Assembly: GCF_001186125.1 (NCBI RefSeq)
Contig: NW_014040056.1
Span: 5,624-43,023 of the forward strand
Reading direction: 5' to 3'
Source of the DNA: Sphaeroforma arctica JP610
Lineage: Eukaryota
Length of the DNA stretch: 37,400 nucleotides
This document shows positions 35,401 through 37,400 of this stretch, piece after piece. The first letter of the stretch is position 1. Every line of letters begins with the position of its first letter. Position numbers and translations under genes: made by a program. Under the pieces are notes generated by a model that was not told the origin of the DNA, did no database searches, and saw nothing but the letters and a program-made list of their open reading frames with translations.

Positions 35401-35620
35401 AGGCAGAAAGACCAGTCTCGAGATCTACATTCAAGATGGTCCCGACACACATACACAGAGAGAGAGAAAGAGAGAGAGAGAGAGAAGGGGGGTGTGTCAT
35501 CCTTTGGGTGAGCAATATCATCGGCTTGGGCAGTGAAGAGTTCGGCCGTAGGAGGCACGGAGTGTTTAACGTTGTCAATGCGAGCAATACGCAAAATCTG
35601 TCCGTGACACTTTTCACCTA
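32465..35620 (-). mobile_element. Decayed Ty1/Copia retrotransposon pol (integrase, RT, RNase H), 5'-truncated
   Basis: Integrase: ILNVDLETG..SIGG..YVD..GWEFST, HVYGC, GVYLGH. RT: QMDVDTAYLYA, LYSLKQ*GRLW, ADPCMF, LLYVDD (33415-33404), KDFGMPRWLLG. RNase H: VTTSTAEAGYYA, CDNQS, LKHADIRLH, NVADILTK. Order INT-RT-RH is Copia-type. PPT-like AGGGGAGAAG at 32474-32465. Many frameshifts. Confidence 0.93.
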
Positions 35621-35939
35621 TTTGTAGACCCCATTTGAGACCCCTTGGAATATTTTCCCCTATATTGAGGAAATATTAGTACCGTGCAATAAAAAAATAT
35701 CGCCTACCTGGTAGTAATCTATTTTTGGATTCCTTATCGATCAACAAACACACATTTTATTTAGTACATGGTTGATTTGGTACTACATATTAACGTACTA
35801 TGCGTACAATGCGCGACGTTGTTGTTATATTTACAGTATTTTTAAATGTGTACTGAAGATGGGCGATACGGGGTTTAGGGACTGTAATTTCAAAAAATAA
35901 AACCTTACATTATATGATGAGGTGCTTTATGATTCTATC

Positions 35940-36912
35940 TGGACGGGTGTACACGTGAGAGAGAGAATGTATGAGTGAGTGAGCGAGTGTTAGTGAGCGA
36001 GTAAGATTGAATGAGTAAATAAGTGAACATCTGTGCGCGTATGTGTGTGTGAATGTGTGTGTGTGTGCGGGTGTATGGGTATGTCTTATGAGAGTTTGTG
36101 TGTGAAGAGTGTGTATGTGTGAGTGAATGTGGGAGAGTTTGTATGGGTATGTAAACATGTGTATGTATGTGTGTGTGTATGTGCACATGTGTGTACACGC
36201 GTGTAGGCGTTTGTGTTAGTGAGCGCGTGTGAGTGAACGCGTTTGTGGTTGAGTGAGCGAGTGTGAGCGAGTGAGTGAGCGTGTGTGTTAGTGTGTGTGA
36301 ATGCGTGTGTATGTATGAGTGTTTGTGAGTTAGTGAGCATGTGCGTTAGTGTGTGTCGATGCGTGTGTATGTATGAGTGTTTGTGAGTGAGTGAATATGT
36401 GTGTGAGAGTGTGTGTATGAGTAGGTATATACGATTGTGTGTACACGAGTGGGCGTGTTTTAGGTATGTATGTGTGTGAATGTGTTGAGTGAATGTTTGT
36501 GAGTGCGTTGGTGTGAGTGGGTGTGGGTGAGTTAGTGTGTGTGTGCATGTGTGTGAGTGTGAATGTGGGTGTGGGTGTATGGATATGTGCTATGAGAGTT
36601 TGTATGTGAGGAGTGTGCGTGTGTTTGAGGAGTGAGTGAGTGAGTGTGAGTGAGTGGGTGTTTGCGTGAGTGATGTGTGACCTAGAGCTTATGTGATTGA
36701 ACGTGTGTGAGATTGTGTGTATTCGTGTACACATGTATGTGTGTGTATGAGTTAGTGAGTGGGTGGGTGTGTAGGGTGCCATGGTGTGTGGGTGTGTGGG
36801 GTGCCATGGTGTGTGGGGTGCCTTGGGGTGTGTGTGTGTGAGTGTGTGTGTGTGTGTGAGTGCTTGCTGGTAATAGGACGTGTACAGTCTGTGCTCTTGG
36901 GTGTGTGGGGTA
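35940..36912. repeat. GT/GA-rich low-complexity satellite (GTGTGAGTGAGT-like)
   Basis: About 1 kb of degenerate (GT)n/(GAGT)n, generating spurious H/T-rich ORFs on the minus strand. Confidence 0.92.
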
Positions 36913-37400
36913 CAGTGGGAGACATATTTTGTCCTGAATATGGACAAATAGGTTTCTCCTATGATTCTAAGCTTACAGTCCCCGCGGCGTCCCAGCCGTG
37001 ATTTAAAATAAATAAATAGTGTAGAAATACGGCCTCCGGTCAGTCTAAAATATCAAGATCAATTGAGATAATACATTGGTTTTTATTTGTATTTTAAATA
37101 ATTTACTACAAGCTCTTTTTCCAATATTTCCAAAGTGTTCTAAATTCACTTTGATGGCTCCAATAGCCTGAGTATTTGGTATGACTCATCTGCTTGGACC
37201 TATTTGAGACATTAGTAGATGTAGGATATTATAAACTAAATTTTATAATCTCCGAACTACTACTTATAGACTTTGGTCCTCCCGCCAATCTCCAAAATCC
37301 AATAAGTCTTTTTCTTTTTTTAAATTTTCTTCAGATGGAACTTTATTTATATCAGCTAATGTATTAACGTGACTTACGTTATTATGTCTATCTACAAAAC

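Noticed and set aside
1857..35670. Shared 13-mer CCCTATATTGAGG at ~1857 and ~35658
   Set aside because: Too short and isolated; no extended similarity, so it cannot define element ends.
35910..36947. His/Thr-rich minus-strand ORFs
   Set aside because: Translations of GT/GA low-complexity satellite; no flanking exon could be supported.

Overview
Eukaryotic, intron-rich, repeat-laden genomic DNA. The TA/TG-microsatellite introns suggest a unicellular holozoan such as an ichthyosporean, but this is inference only. Two host genes are supportable. The first is the 5' exon of a DGAT2/TMEM68-like acyltransferase (minus strand, 136-648, continuing off the window). The second is a 13-exon ERp44 orthologue (plus strand, 5778-15390, about 604 aa) that I reconstructed by hand from GT-AG sites with consistent phases. 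It has a signal peptide, a CPYS thioredoxin site, a His cluster and a C-terminal RDEL. Unusually, it carries two tandem 8-cysteine modules and a helical spacer between the b' domain and the regulatory C-tail, each module encoded by a symmetric phase-0/0 exon pair. The rest is mostly decayed mobile DNA: an ~800 bp foldback element, an internally deleted Ty3/Gypsy element lacking RT and the integrase core, a decayed Ty1/Copia pol, a 42-bp dispersed repeat family, tandem duplications in a decayed K/E-rich gene, unidentified decayed ORFs, and two assembly gaps.
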